Source of the DNA: Paragordius varius
Lineage: Eukaryota > Animalia > Nematomorpha
Assembly (NCBI GenBank): GCA_964247055.1
Contig: OZ176050.1
Coordinates: 2,046,001-2,110,000, forward strand
Direction: 5' to 3'
DNA: 64,000 nucleotides
A program made the translations under genes and the position numbers. A model generated the notes under the pieces. It was not told where the DNA came from. It was given only the letters and a program-made list of their open reading frames with translations, and did not search any database. Positions 26,901-41,990 of the stretch are shown one piece after another (the first letter of the stretch is position 1; each line of letters opens with the position of its first letter).

Positions 26901-29900
26901 GGAAGTTTGCGGAAGACTCGATCTGGGTAAAGCCTTCGGGCGTCACTCTGCCCACCATCAGACCTCAGTTGATCGCCGCATGTTTCCTCATCTCTTTCCC
27001 TTCTTCATCACTTACTTCGTGCGTTCGACAAAGGCTCCGTTCTTACTTCAACCGTACCCGGTCGCCATCCTTTCGTTATCTCATTCTTTATAAATATTGG
27101 CTCTGAAGGTGTAAATTCTCTTAACGGTCTCGATGGTGTACCTGCTCTAGGCGCTTCTTTATCTTGCAATTAATTCAACACGGTGTGTTGATGTTCCTCT
27201 TCCAAAACAACGATGCGGGAGTCGTCTTTATTTCATTATGCCACGAGTTTTGATAGGCCAATAATACATTATTTAAAGCCTCTTAACTCTTTATGCCCGT
27301 CATCATCGTAGAACGAAATCTTGATTCCAACGTGTAAATCACTCTTTCCACCAAACTATTTGTCCTTGAGTGATAGGGAGCAGACGTCACATGATTAATG
27401 TTCCAGTTTGTCGTCTTTTCTCTAAAATTGAAAGATTTAAAATAAGTAGCATAATCAGATACTAACATTCTTGGAAAACCATAAGAGGCAAATCATTTCT
27501 CCAATCGTTTCAAAATTACATCAGATGTAATACTGCTAAGTATCTCGAAAGAAAGTACACCACCGAGACCGTTAAAAGAATTTGCACCCTCACAACCAAT
27601 TTTCATAAAGAATGAGATAACGAAAGGATGGCGACCGGGAACGGTCGAAGTAAGAACGGGTCCATCGTCATACGAAGTAAGTGATGAAGAAGGGAAACAT
27701 GCTGATCAACAGAGGTCTGATGGGAGGCAATATCGGCCCTTGTAAGTTCCTGATCTAAAGCCATGTTGACAATGGTGGTTAATGATACCTCCTTCCCATC
27801 ACACTTCACATCTGGGAATCGGGAATAAAGATCCACTTCCAATGATTGCAAGTTTAATCCAGCCACAAAACTGTCTTTAATTCTCTCCTCAACCTCTGTT
27901 TGAAATTCATACTTTTCCGCCACACTCTTGACTCTTTGCAAAAATTCCGTGAATGTTTCTCCATCACATCTCCGCAAACAAGCAAATTCAAACTTTGAGC
28001 GAAGACAGACTTGGCGAAAAATTTGAATTATCCAAGGAGCATCATTAATAGAAATTCTGGAAATATCATTGTTTCGATCTTATTAATTGTTTTAAGACCA
28101 GCTCCAGCCAAAAACAGTACCTTGATATTATCATTATTAGTATAAACATTTTTGAACCTTATTGACATATCTGATATGGGCGGCAAAATCATAAGTGTCA
28201 TTTATCGTATCCTTCAATTGAAATTTTCTCCGTCATCGTCGCCAAATATTAAATAGTATACCGGATTAACGTAAAATTAAGATAATGTGTATTTATTAAA
28301 ATTGTTGTGATATTTATACTTTTTTACAAACACATACATACATTTTAATACTTATATTTTAAACATGAATGTACGTCACAATTATAAGATTATGTCTTTT
28401 ATTCTACGAATATTTATATAAAAATTCCACGAATACTGACACACGAAGGTAAACGCCAAAAGCGATTAATATAATAATAATATGATGTAAGTTAAAAAGA
28501 CAATCATGCAATGTCGTGATATCAACTACATATCACTATTAAATATTATATATACAATACAATATGTTATATTTTATAAAAACACAATATTAGTTGTAGA
28601 CTGCTCTGATTATGAGCACCGATCCTATTTAAATTTAAACCCTAGCTAAGATCATTTTTAGAAATTGAAAAAGCTGATAGATATTTAGGCATCTGAATTT
28701 AATGCATATTTATAATTTATATAGTTACGTTTGTCAAATGGAACGATTTGGTGGTGTTCAATCCATAGATGTTCGAGATCATTTCGGTTTACTCGGGGCT
28801 GAATGGCGAAGTCTGCGAGATTATTTGAACAATAATACCGTAAATCCTTTCAAATGTGTTCAACGGTTTTGGCACAATAAACAAACTGTATATTATCTTC
28901 CAAGTGAGGTCTTAACTAAAAAGTTCCCTGCCAAATTTTGGGATAATTGTAACAATGTGATGGTACCAGGGTGTGGATTACAATTTAATTTTACGAATAA
29001 TGATGATGTTAATAATAATTCGGATTGCGATTTAAGCTTACATAATAATTCTGAGATTGTTGACACGTCAAAAGAGATTTGTGGAAATGCGATAAACGAA
29101 ATGGATTCAATGATGAGAGCAAGCACTTCTAAAACATTAATTCTTAATAAAGATAATGGAGCGGAAAACAGCCTTACCACACCAACAAAGAAAATAGAGT
29201 AATTTTATATGATTTTTTTTATCGATTTCCATATCACATATCATTTTAACCAATATTTTGCCTTTTATATGTAATAAAAGAGTGATTTTTATAAATGATA
29301 GACTATCTCAAGACTTAACTCACGAAACGAATACCAATTTACACGCTCAAATCGAATCATTTTACCATGATTTACAACGCATGAAGGATCATTTAAATAA
29401 AGTTAATGAGTCCAATTCCATGTTGAAATTGAATGATACTTTCCTGGCTTACGGTGTCAAAGAATGGTCTCAGGTCGCAAACATTGACCATCTCATGTAC
29501 TTGTATTATTCTGTTAAAGATAATCAGTAAGTGAATCATCATATTTGCCCTTTAAAAATTAAGTTTTTAAGGCATTTACACATATATATTCATAGATATC
29601 AGAGTCAAACAGTGTTGATTGATACATTCTTGGCTCATAAATACACGATAACTAGGCTTAAAATTGAATCTTTTTCCCGGGATTCTGCGTTTCGCAATCT
29701 TAAATCCAACAAAATTAGACAGATGGACAAAAAAAGTTTTAGCATGAACAAAAGGCGCAAAACAGAAGAATATGATCAATCTTCACCCCTTAATATGGGC
29801 TCTGATACAGGCAGTCCTTTATCTGCCATAAAAAACCAAATTAATTTTAAACAACTTTGTATAGATCAGTATGCACGACGAAACGTGGAAGATATGTTAA

Positions 29901-30412
29901 ATATTTTACACCATCAATGTGGTGTATTGCGAAAATTTGTTATCTTTTACACTTACCATAATGCCTCATTTTATGATCCCAAAGGTTTTGATCCCGCTAA
30001 CTTACCTACCCGAAATCAATTATTACCGTTGGTAAATAAGATTTTTTGTGAATGAAAAATTAGTTAATTTTAGGTTAAGGAAAAATTATCTATTTTAATT
30101 ATTTTGCTATTTTTTAGGGCAAAGCTATGTATTACACATTGTGGGATCAACCCATTAGCTATACGCAAAAACTTATTTCACAAAAACGGGGTTTGATGGG
30201 CACCTTCTTAACTTTCCCCATAAATCATAATTACGATTTACTGGATACCGTAAGAACTAATTATCATTTATCGAGTTAAAATATTTATTTTATTACATGT
30301 GAAATGGATAAAGATACATTGTTGTTTTTCATTAAATATTGCCAGATATTCATTGTAAAATGCAATTTATAAAGCTCGGAGTTAGAGTATGGGTCTCTTG
30401 TAATTGCTATCT

Positions 30413-30461
<49 letters not shown>

Positions 30462-33400
30462 AAAACTAGCAATATATAATACTTATTATATATAAATATA
30501 TTCATACTTTGATACATCATAGAAATGTGTTACAGACAAGGATGCAATGAAATACGATACATTTTGTATGTTTTATGTCAAAGTATTATCCACCAATTAC
30601 GTCCCATTATCTGGTTTATTTTTTTGTTTAAAACATTAACGGTGTGAATTAAGGGTCAAAATAATTAAATTGTTAGATTGACGGTCAGACCTTAATTGTT
30701 CATTCTTTGATTAATCAGAAAAACTGTAATAACACTTATATTATGAGTAACAACTTTGTTGAGTTTATAGCCTTTTTTACAACATATATAATAAATTACC
30801 AAGTAGCCAATTTTATTCAGATCATTTATATAATGCATATGTTTATAACATCAAATGATATGTTGAAAACTGGAATGAGTTAACAAAATCAAAAATTTAT
30901 AGCATATGTTGGTTCAAAAAATTCTCTATGCTTTAATAGTCTTTAAAATAGGATTATTGGTTTAAATGTAATTTAAAAATAGAATTATATGGAAGTTTAT
31001 TATGATTATATAATATAACCAATTATCCATTTAAATAATAAATTTAGTCAACATAGTTTCAGTAAAATTCATAGTTTCGTTAATTCAATAATTAATAGAG
31101 GGGCGCTTTATATAACAATACCTTTTCTATTACAATTTTGATTCCCTTTATATCAATATTTCCAGAATTTTATGTAATATCACTTGTAATGTAGAGCCCA
31201 TTGGTGGAATATTTCCGTTACCACGTTTACAGCGAATAAAACTTTTACATCAATATCTCCTTTACCTAGTTTGTTGTATGAAACAGTTTTCAGATTCTTC
31301 AAGAAAAGACAAAAAAGTAATCAAATATCCTGCACTCAAACCCTTTGCCTTTTTTGATGTAGGCCAGGAGCCTACAGTTTATTACAATAATAGCCATGAA
31401 ATTAACCCAAATTCGGGACATTACAATCCCAAATATTTGTTTGAATGGAGACGTTATATACCCTCCAATTTTGGCACCGAAAATGATTATTTACATCAAA
31501 AAGGGGAGCTTAGTAATGGTACTACAATAATTCTGTTATTAATAACATTTTTTACATAGTTAAAGCTAAAAAGCGTAATATTAAAAAGTTAAAATTTAAG
31601 TTTGATATAAAGATCGCAATATAGAGTAAAGAAATTTTGAAATAAAGTCAACTATATTTTTAACTTTGTATCGTTTTGTAATACTCTTATTTTTATGATT
31701 AATGTTGGGTAAGATATTTTTTTTATGAATTTACCCCATGTTACTCTAATTATACCACACAGAATTTGTGATGCCTATCCTAACAACCGATCAAATTTTT
31801 CAATACATGCCTCTCAGTGTTTACGTCAAAGCTTTCTATATCAATTGGGAGATTCCTGGGATTCAAAAATTTCTGAGTCATAAGCATTTAAAGCATATCC
31901 CTATAGGATACTGTGATTTAGAGATGCAAAAATTAGTATTATTTTAACCTTATATTTAGCTTTAAAATTTTCAGTAAATATATTTTAGACAGGACTATAT
32001 TTTATATAAAAAATTTGTTTTGTTCCATGATTATTATATAACCTTTAATATTTTTCCAGATCACATTTCTATTAATTCACGGTTTTCTAAATATGGGTTT
32101 ATAAAATACGGTGACTTATTATGCTTTATCTTGTTTCATTTTATTTTAGATATTTAATAAAGAAAAGTTACTTTTGTCCATCAGAAGAATGGCTAGAGTT
32201 TTAAGTGCCTTTAACCTTGCCACAATCCTTCAAACTAGTGTTCATAAGGTAATTCTGTTTTTTTCATGGAGCTATAAAACGAATGTGTGAATATATTATA
32301 AAGTATCGCCCATAAAACTACAATTGTTTTCAATATCCGCATTACGACCCTTTAAAATTGTAATTAAAATGGATTATTTATATTAATATTAAAATTTTTC
32401 AGTTATTTTTTCACAAATATGTTTAATTAATTATTTTAGGCCTTTTCGACTACCCACAAACTAATAAAAGTCTAGAATGATTTATTAAATTTTAAGTAGT
32501 GTCTTTCTATTTAAAAATCAAAAAAATGTAATATTATCAGCATGAGCTCATTAGTTTGCAAGCTTTAAAAAGTTTAGTTATCATAGATTTTTTATCCATT
32601 TTTTAGCTTTACCTATTACTCTATCCATGTACTACGCTTAAAACTACCACAAAAAATTTGGAACGCATCAAGGATTGGAAAACGTATAAAAGTACCTTAT
32701 TAATGCAAGAGGATGGCGAACATCACCCAGGAAATAGCGATAAACACAATGATATTATTATCACTAATCATGAAAAAGATAATTATGTATACTTGCATTA
32801 CACTTTTTTTGATTATAAACATCAAAACATAGCACCAAAAACTTTAATTGAACATAACATTTCTCCACATACTTCTTTGCTTACGAATCCCGAACACGCA
32901 CTTAAGAATTGTCAAACGTTTTGGCTTCAATTTCGACGTCTTTCTTCATCCCATCTAATTAAAAGTTAAATATTTATTTATTTTTAAATTGGTCAATCTT
33001 TTCCAATTTTTTATGCTATAGAATATGCTCTATCCATAAATTTTAGGATGATAGAAAACTAAATTAATTTTTTTCATTAGAATTTGCCATTATATAAGTT
33101 TAAGTTTTTCGTGTTTTAATAAAAAGCGTTTGATTATCGATATGGTATAGGTCTAAAAAGATTTAATATCAATTAACTTAAGTTTCCTTATATTAGCAAC
33201 ACCAATTACTTTATCCCAAAACAAAATTCAACATTCCAAAATAAAATCGATTGATGTGATTACCAGCACATTTTTATCAAACACGTCCACGTTATCCAAT
33301 ATAACCATTGCCAATTTCGATCAAATTGATCCCGTTAATGAACAAATTGCACAAAAATGTGCAGTTATTGGGACGCGGATCCCTCCCTCTAAAAGCTCTG

Positions 33401-35459
33401 TCTTAAATTGTCACAAATTTGTCACTCATGAATATTGTAATTCCTTTTTTACATGCTTTTAACTTAAATCAAATATTGTAACAGTTTTTTGGTTTTCAAT
33501 AAATTTAGAGAAATAGAGCATATAGATGAAAATTTGACTTAGCTGATTGTGGTCGATATGTAAAGTTAACTTTAATAATGCACCATATCTTTAATTGTTT
33601 TTGTAAATCAACAAATTAACCCTAATGTTTGTGTACGCTATGCACGGACATTTGGTATTTAACGTGTAAATGGGCAACGTGTTAATATATTGTTTCATAA
33701 TAATCAATAAGAGCTTAGTTTATTATTAATCTCTATTGCAAAAAGCGGTAATATATTTTAACCCATTTTTTGCCTTTATTATCCAATAGGTAAAATCGCT
33801 TCAAATGCTCCCTCTCCTAACTTTAATAACAATAATGATAATAAAGATAATAATAATAATATGACAATTAAAAATGAATGCCTCAACGGTGATTTATTTA
33901 ATGATAGTGTAATTCAAACACGATTGGATACACATCTTTTTCCACATTTGCCTTTTATTTCTATATCCCCATTTCCGCAATGTTATTTACCTCATGGGGA
34001 TGGCTTAGGTTCGGCCGGTTTTGATTCTTGTTTTGCTTTTCTCTCGCGAGACGTTTTATGGGTATCAAAACAGAAAAATCAAGACAAAAATATGGTAAAT
34101 TACGATTTTTATAATGAGAGAAAAATCCAAATACATTTTATATAAAAAAACACCATATTTTTTTAGACCTTCGATCGTTTATGGGGGCAAATATATAAAG
34201 AACAGAGATTATTTGATAACTCATTCACAAATTTTTAAACATGTTACACTTGTAAACATATAGCTTGCATTAAAATACAAGGAATAAAAAAATATGGGTG
34301 ACAGAAAATGTTTGCTTTTATTAATATTTTGTCTTAAAACTAAATATTACTGTCAAAAGGACAATAAATCCAATGCCATTATTTCTGATGGCAAAAAAGG
34401 GAAGCACTCAAGGAAACAAGGAAATAAACAACGCAAAAAGCTTACGTTAACCAACAATTCGTTTAAACATAGAAGCCCTCCTTCCATGCATATGACACAG
34501 GAAATTGAAGGTTTGATTAATATATTTTTTAAGTCTCAAAGTATGATCTTTTTCATATTTATTTTTTAACAAACAGGATTCAAAAAAGATAAAAATATGA
34601 CTGCCCAAGAAATGTTAACAAATTATCAGGTATGTTACTTTGTTTTATTATCTTTTAAATGAAAATATAACCCTAAATTTATTTATTTTAGGCTAAAATA
34701 CGTGGCCTTCAATTTTTGCGAGATAAGGGTCTTTCCTTAAGCCAATTGCTTAAACTCATAATCAACATGTCCATCGCAATTGAGGAATGTTTCAATTTGC
34801 ACTACATTGTGCGTCATGATAATTATCAAATGTCTATAAGTTAGTCGAAACTTTCTTTTTCATACCAAAAATTTTTTTGGGACAAAATACTGATTTTTGT
34901 TTTCTTTGCTACAAATAGAACATAATGCAATCATCTTTCAATACCTCAATGCGTTAAGAACAGGGTTAGGTCTCCCAACATATCACGATTTTTTTGATAT
35001 TTTTGCCGTACTAAAACGTCACCAAGGCAGTACAAAAGATCACGAACAGACATCAGCAAACTCTCATAATAAACAACCTCTCTTGAATTCCATACGCTCC
35101 ATGTCAATGCAAAATGGTTTGAGTGTTGGGAAATCCAACAAAGAAATTAGAAAAATTAAAACAATGTTTAACAATCCAATCACAAAACTGTTACAAAGCA
35201 ATGAAAATAAACATAACAACACTGAGAATGCAACTCCAAATTTAGAAGGAGAAACAATGGAAAGCGAATTAAAAAATACTAGCGTAGCTACTCTCTATGC
35301 ATCAACATTTGAAGGTTTAAATTTTGATAGAATATCTTTTTTGATATTTTTCAACGATCTGGCTTTTCGGGTAAAAATTACCTTTTCATTCAATCTGTAG
35401 GTTAATTGATTTTTTGGTAATAATCTTTATATAATATAACTCCCTAAATATAATATAAT

Positions 35460-35492
<33 letters not shown>

Positions 35493-38400
35493 CAAATGTT
35501 GATTTTTATCATTATACATACATACATACTACCCCTTTTCTGTTTTTAAACTCTAATTTGATCATCTTGATTTCTTATTATGGAATATAGTTTTGGTTTT
35601 TAAAGTTTGTATTTTGTTTCATTTTGTTTTTTATATTTTAAACCCAATCCAAAGTTTTAATTCCTATTATTGTTTAAATTACGATTCAACAATGTTTATG
35701 CATTTTTTACTTTTACCTTTAAAGAATTAATTGAGCTAAAAGAAGGCTGTTTATACTGTATACAACTGCCATTATTTCATTATTAGGTAATGTTAGTGAT
35801 CATATATACCTCCGTAATGAGCAGGAATCCACTTGTATTCTAATGTTTTACAATACATTTTGCAAATGTATGTCTAAAATGCGAAAAATGGTATTATATT
35901 TTAGATTTTAGATTTAAACACATATTTTTGGCTCATTAAATTTATATGCGTATTTTTTTTCAATTAGTATCGAAAATCGTTTTACGGCACCGCCTATGAA
36001 CCGATGGAAAACAAAGAATCTCTTAATTTTATTAATTTTTGCAAACATTATTTGAACAGTTATTATAATTTACCGGCAATATTCAATGCAACTCTTCAAA
36101 ACTATGAAATGGAGGTATGTCAGATTTGAAATTTATTATTTTTTTAATAAAAGCAATATCTAAATTACTTATAATTACCCTAAAAAAGCGCCATAGCCAT
36201 TTCTCGCTTGCTAATTATTGTACATTTTATATTTAAGATCTACCTTATTCTTCAAAAATAGTAAATTGATTAATTTTAAGTTTAGTTAAAAGGGCGATTA
36301 TTTGGATGCATATATAAGCCTGTGTTTTACCTACAATCAAGCGATATTATTTATTACCATATACATGTAAAAATAATTAGAGTTAAATTTATATAGTTAT
36401 TATTTAAGACTATAAAAAATTTATGATAGATTAACGATATATGTAATGAAATTTATTATTATTAGACTTATCTCTATACTCTTAATCTACTCTGTGAACG
36501 TTTTGCTATGGGAATTTGTCCTTCATTAGAAAAATTAAATATAACGCAGGAAACTCAAACGCTTATTTCCCAAGTTTTTAAATCAAATGAAAAACACATG
36601 AACGAAGATAAGGATAATTTATTGCTAAATGTTAATGATTGTGAGGATATCACGACTAATTCATCATCTACTAAGCTCTGTCCTGCTTCAGTCTTTAACA
36701 TTTTGGTAAATTTTTTATTGCCTTATAATTTATATGTACAATTTGATTGTAAAGTCAAATTTTAATATTTTACCCTTAAATTTTTAAAATAATAAGTTTA
36801 ATATTAGCTGACAATCTTTTTGTGTTTAATTTAAAACGTGTGTTCATATTAAAATAGACTATATTTAAGTTTTTTTCCTATATAAATATATATGTTTATT
36901 AGGATTCCAGCGCCGAAAATGTGACTTATGTTAACATTTTATTGGCCCGTAGTATGTTTTGTAGTTTATATTTGGCCAAAACCACAAAGTCACCAAAAAC
37001 AAAAAGTTTAGATCTCATGTATCGACACAACCCAAAAAACAAACTTAGACCAATTCAACTAAAACCTTTTGCGTAATTTAATTCTAGCATAAGAATAAAA
37101 TTCAATCTTTTATAAATAAAAATATTAATCCAAATAAAATTACTTTCTGTAACAATTATTGGGCATAAAAAAATTGAAAACAAATGTTTTTATGGTAGTT
37201 TTTTAATGGTTATATTTTCATTTGTTTGGATTTTTCCAGCATTTTTAATTTCAAAAAACCTTTATTCTACCCATAAATATTCCATTTGTTTTTGCTTTTT
37301 TTAAAGATACAGTATATTCTTATAATCACATTTTTGCATATTCTTACTTTGATCTATATTTCTTTAGTTATAATTTAGTCTTTTAATCATAGTAACAAAT
37401 ATAAAGATACTTTCCACATTCTTTACAACAAATGCCTTATATCTCAATGGCCTTTGAGGTCAGACGGTGGAAGATCGGTTTTTCATCAGATAGAGAGCGT
37501 ATTATCCCTTATATTTAGCAAACATATACCAACCACTGTATTCAATGCCAAAAGTTATATTTATATATATTAATTTTATTTTTTACCATTCGGTTTTTAA
37601 CTCTTTATTTGGATCTTTTTTTATTTAAGAAAACCTTTCATTTTTGATATAAACAAATACATATAATTTATGGACAAGAACCAATTAAATATTTCTAAGA
37701 AACAACTCACATATGGAATAATATCGTCTTATTTCTTATTTAACTGAAAATTTAGGTTGTTTCTCTAATTATGGGTTAATATATATATATATTAGGCTAA
37801 TTTACAAAGTTTTTTATATTAAAGCTTTTTTATGTTTCTGTACCTTGTTAACACAGAATAGAATTATTTTATTAAAAAAAAAATGTTATAATTTAGTATT
37901 TGATGAAATTGTTTAAATATTTCAACGTAATAAATAACGTTTTTTTAGAAGTTTAATTTAAGAGAAACAGTATAATATATTAAAATATATAAACGGTAAT
38001 CGATAAAATAGAAAAGCCAGGCTTAATTAAGTAATACCCTTGCTAATAGGCATCATTATTATCGAGAAATAATTTTTTTTTAAGTTAATTTTTATGTTTT
38101 ATTTCTACTATACAGATGAACATATCCCAAAATTTTTCAAAACTGGACAAGGCATGCAAAAACTTTTGTCTCTCGATACAGATGTTTGGCCTACTAACCG
38201 AATAATAGAACCTATATATGGTAAAGTTATTTAAATTAGATATAAAGAGAAAACATATAAAATCATATTAATTTCGTATATAACTTAGAGATTTGGATTG
38301 CTAATTGAAATAATTTAATTGCCTGATTGTAATAAGTACAGGTTATATGGAGAGAAAAAATGATGGATTAAAAATTATATTAAATAATTTTTTGTTTTAT

Positions 38401-41400
38401 CTTTATAATTTGTTTTTATTATGTTATTATCAAAGATACCATTAACCATAATTTATTCGTGAAAAATCCAGAAAATGGCTCACATATTATTAATAATGCT
38501 TTATTTCCGAATCAAAACAACCAACTTACTAAACTTTTATCACCACAAAAACCTCAAGACATTTTATACTATTCGGCCCAATATATGTTACAAAACATCA
38601 TGTGTGGAGATTTGAAAAAAATGTTATCCAATAAATGCAATAACATCCAAAAATCTTTTAACATTGCCTCGCAATCTGGTCTCATTTCTATGCTACAGAA
38701 ATTCACATCGAAAATGAAAAACACGGATAATCAAAGTATTCAACCGCAAAATAGTCAAATATATGATTACAATGGAAAAAGTAACGAAGAAGTCCTAAGA
38801 TTTGATCGTTATAACATATTTTCGTTATTAAGTAACTTAAAACTCAATTGTTTCCTTCATGGCTTAATCGAAGGGATAGACGTTTGTAACCCAAATTCTT
38901 ATGATATCGTCACATTTAAACCTAGTAAGCAATATTTTTTGGTAATTTATTATGCGAACTGATTATAATTATATTTTTTGTTTATAGACTTTACCCCAAC
39001 AGATACTAATTGGCAAAATCAAGAAAATATAAAAACACACCAAGTTATGAAGGAAGATATGTCTACTCTTGAACCTTTAGATTCCTATGATTTGGATGGT
39101 ATTTTAATTTTTTAAACTTTAAACACAAAAAATCCATAGTAATCCTAATATCTTTGATTAATCAATATATATATATATTTTACAATTGAAAAAGATTATG
39201 TTTTTTTAAAAAATGTGAGATACTTTTTAAGCTTTATCTTATTTTCAAATTTTTTTAGTTATACACATATTTATTTTGCAAGGTGAATATGAAAAAAATT
39301 TGAGTGGTCGTATTATTCGTGCAATAGAGTTAGAGGGAAATACACGGGACATCCCTCGCGGGTCATTTCTCAAATATATGGATAATGGGTTTTTCGTTCC
39401 CTTTAACATTACCGCCTGTTTCCAAAAAGGTAAAAGTTATAAATAAATAAATTTGTTACATCATGAAATTCAATAGTTTTAAAATTATTATCATTTTTCA
39501 TATATTAATAATGTATAAGAGGTACTTAAATTTTTGTCCTTTTACTTTAAATACAAAATTTTCACGCCTAATATTTAAATTTTGCTTCTCGAACACTATA
39601 ATTGTTAAAGCCAAAATCTATAAAATTTGAAATTATACACATTAATTTATTGATCTAGGTGAAAAATTAGCCGAAAACCAAATGCAATCATCCTCATTCT
39701 TTAATATATTCCAAAAACAATTAATACCTTTGCTTGGTCTTATAGATTGTAGCAAAACCCTTGATACAGATATAACTTCTATGCTAAGTAATATCCTAAT
39801 TTTCCATGCTATTTATGTTATTTTTGAGTATATTTCCTATTTATACAAAATTAACTTTAGAAACACAACATTTGGACATATTTATTGATATGAAAAATAT
39901 CATCCAGATATACGAGATAATTTCAAATGCAGGCATATACGGGATACATGAGACGCATCTTCTGCAAAAAATTAATGGTAAATAAACTTTTTATTTTATT
40001 TGAATATGTTTTATAAAAGCGTAAAACGTTAAAATCATGGTTAATCTTTTTTAAAAGACCGTATAAACTCACGAATCAAATATTTACCATTTTTTAATAA
40101 AATCTATATTTAACAATTTTTGGTATTATAGAGGAAAACTACCATAATTTTGTTGATTTTCTAAAAAATGGACACAATTAGTTTTAAGTTGGCTCCATTA
40201 CATTTAATATTACTGTATTTTGACTATTAATTATTTATATTATACATTATAATATATAAGGTAACGAAACAACTGGATTGTGCATAGAATTTTTATATAC
40301 CAATGGTTGGATCCATATTTATGGAATGCAAGAATTAGTTTACATAGCGTCGGATCAATGTAGCAACACTTCGCTTGCCTTAAACACAGAAAATATGGAA
40401 TCAACCAATTTTATAATTTCTGTGGCCGCAAATAATCAACAAAATTTATGCAAAATGTTGGGCCGAAAACTCCCTAAAGATAAAAATGCAAAAGCTTTAA
40501 ATTCAATCGAAATATTTGAATCTAATGATTCCAAAATAGATGTGGACAATGATTTAATTCTAAATGGATCATCTAAAGATTTGGTTGAAAACGATCCCCA
40601 TATGAGTAATAAAACCATAGACCGCTATCAAAATCCACTAAAAAGTGTTGAATCTTTTAGGTAACCCTAAAATTGCGTTTAAATTTAGTCCTGATTAGGG
40701 TTAGGATTTTTACCTGTTAAAAGTTGAAATTTTAAAACTTATTTTTACATTCACAAGGTTTTTACGATAAAACTAATTCTTATCTATAAAAACGGTTACA
40801 GTGACGGTCATCGCATTTAAATCCAGTAAAACTAAACTTCATTTATTTTATTTTTATAACACATTAATTAGAATGGAAATATTACATCAAAATCAAAGTA
40901 ATGTCAAAAAGTCAAAAATTAGCTTTGGCGTAAAACATTTTTTAGTTAGACCTTGGATGGATATTGAAACTTTGCTTCCGCCCTACGTTTTCATCGATGA
41001 TGATAAAATTAATAAAGATTTTAATCCGCAATCAAAAGATTCAACTAAATCTTTGAGCAATATTAATGGTAATAATAATGATGATGATAAAAGACAATTA
41101 ACATTAAGAAACGTTAGCGATTGTATAAATGGTCATCAAAAGTGTACCTGGTTGGTTAAGGTAAATAAAATTAAGATGTATATATGACAAGTGTTGGATA
41201 TATATTATTTATCTTTAACATTTTAAATCACTTTTGAACATTTCGAAATCACCCCATGAATATTTTAATATCACCATTAAATATTCCAAATTTACTCTAA
41301 AATTAATTTGTGTTTTTGGACTAATCCAACTCATTATTGACATAATATTTCTTTATGACATAGTTTATTATTTTCCTCTATTATGTTAATTATAAACAAT

Positions 41401-41990
41401 ATTGTGACCAAAGCTTTTAGGGATTCGTAATGTTTATGGGTGAATTTGACATGTTCAAAGGTTATTTAAGGATTCAAAACTGAATTAGGTTTTAAATGGT
41501 TTTTATAAAGTTGGTTTTATTTCTCTTTATTTAATTTAAATAGAACACTGCTCAATCTATAACGAATCAATGCGATTTACATGCTTTATCTTTGTATTGT
41601 CTCTACATATACGAAAACATTTACCATTTTGGTCATGTGACATTCGCTAAACTTGCCTCAATCACCAATAATACCATTTCTATTTGCGATTTGAGACTTA
41701 TCTTACATTTTTTGATTCGAGTTAATGTTGTCATTCATATTCCCGCCCAAGAGATGTATGCAAAATTGCATGATATCAATAAAGGCTTGGATGAAAATAC
41801 ACTGTCACACGTAACTACCAAACCCGAATCAAACAACAAGTCATCGCACCCCCTTTTCAACCTTTGTGTAAATGATGCTTTTAGAATACAGATAAAATGT
41901 CACCACCGAAACAACAATAATGAAATCAATAATTCCATAAATATTCTACAAGACTATTTAAAGAGTACCCTAATCAATATTATATACTAG
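23986..41990 (+). CDS. GTF3C1: General transcription factor IIIC subunit 1 (TFIIIC220/tau138) homologue, multi-exon, divergent
   Basis: N-terminus MELIRECLYQISISGNIGI (cf. MDALESLLDEVALEGLDGL); FYPILQRLAK (cf. SYCILERLGR); EWRRYIP (~31445); DQIFQYMPLSVYVKAFYINWEIPGIQKFLSHKHLKH (~31790-31900, cf. DFLLCLPLSIFIQ..LKKH); HGDGLGSAGFDSCFAFLSRDVLW (~33993-34068, cf. [24 protein letters not shown]); IYEIISNAGIYGI (~39910); VRPW (~40945); terminal winged-helix exon 41544-41990. Not every exon boundary was resolved. Confidence 0.85.
24477..24504 (+). other. 28-nt GT-AG intron (GTF3C1 intron 1)
   Basis: gtaaatgataaatttaattatattttag; contains the in-frame TAA; removal gives an open 174-nt exon 24505-24678. 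Confidence 0.65.
25345..28535 (-). mobile_element. Internally deleted Gypsy (Mag-like) LTR retrotransposon in GTF3C1 intron 2
   Basis: Direct-repeat LTRs 25345-26873 (interrupted) and 28247-28535; PBS TGGCGACGATG at ~28234-28244; PPT AGAGGAGGAAGAAAA at ~26874-26889; TSD TTATT/CTATT. Gag-like DGETFTEFLQRVKSVAEKYEF..IKDSFVAGL and integrase SAPYHSRTNSLVER; no RT or RNase H seen. Confidence 0.8.
25517..26770. mobile_element. ~1.25-kb near-palindromic Tc1/mariner-type MITE inserted in the left LTR
   Basis: Termini CACTGTG...CACAGTG followed by TA; long inverted arms; the flanks rejoin to match the uninterrupted right LTR. Confidence 0.85.
30418..30459. repeat. (TA)n microsatellite
   Basis: About 20 TA units; shorter tracts at ~5686, ~10055, ~35462. 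Confidence 0.9.

Noticed and set aside
29528-29533. In-frame TAA between adjacent ORFs suggesting read-through or an alternative genetic code
   Set aside because: The stop lies within a normal GTAAGT...CATAG intron; conserved genes use standard stops.
31936-31959. 24-nt GT-AG segment in GTF3C1 as another micro-intron
   Set aside because: Splicing there leads to an immediate TAA; the 53-nt intron to 31988 keeps the frame.
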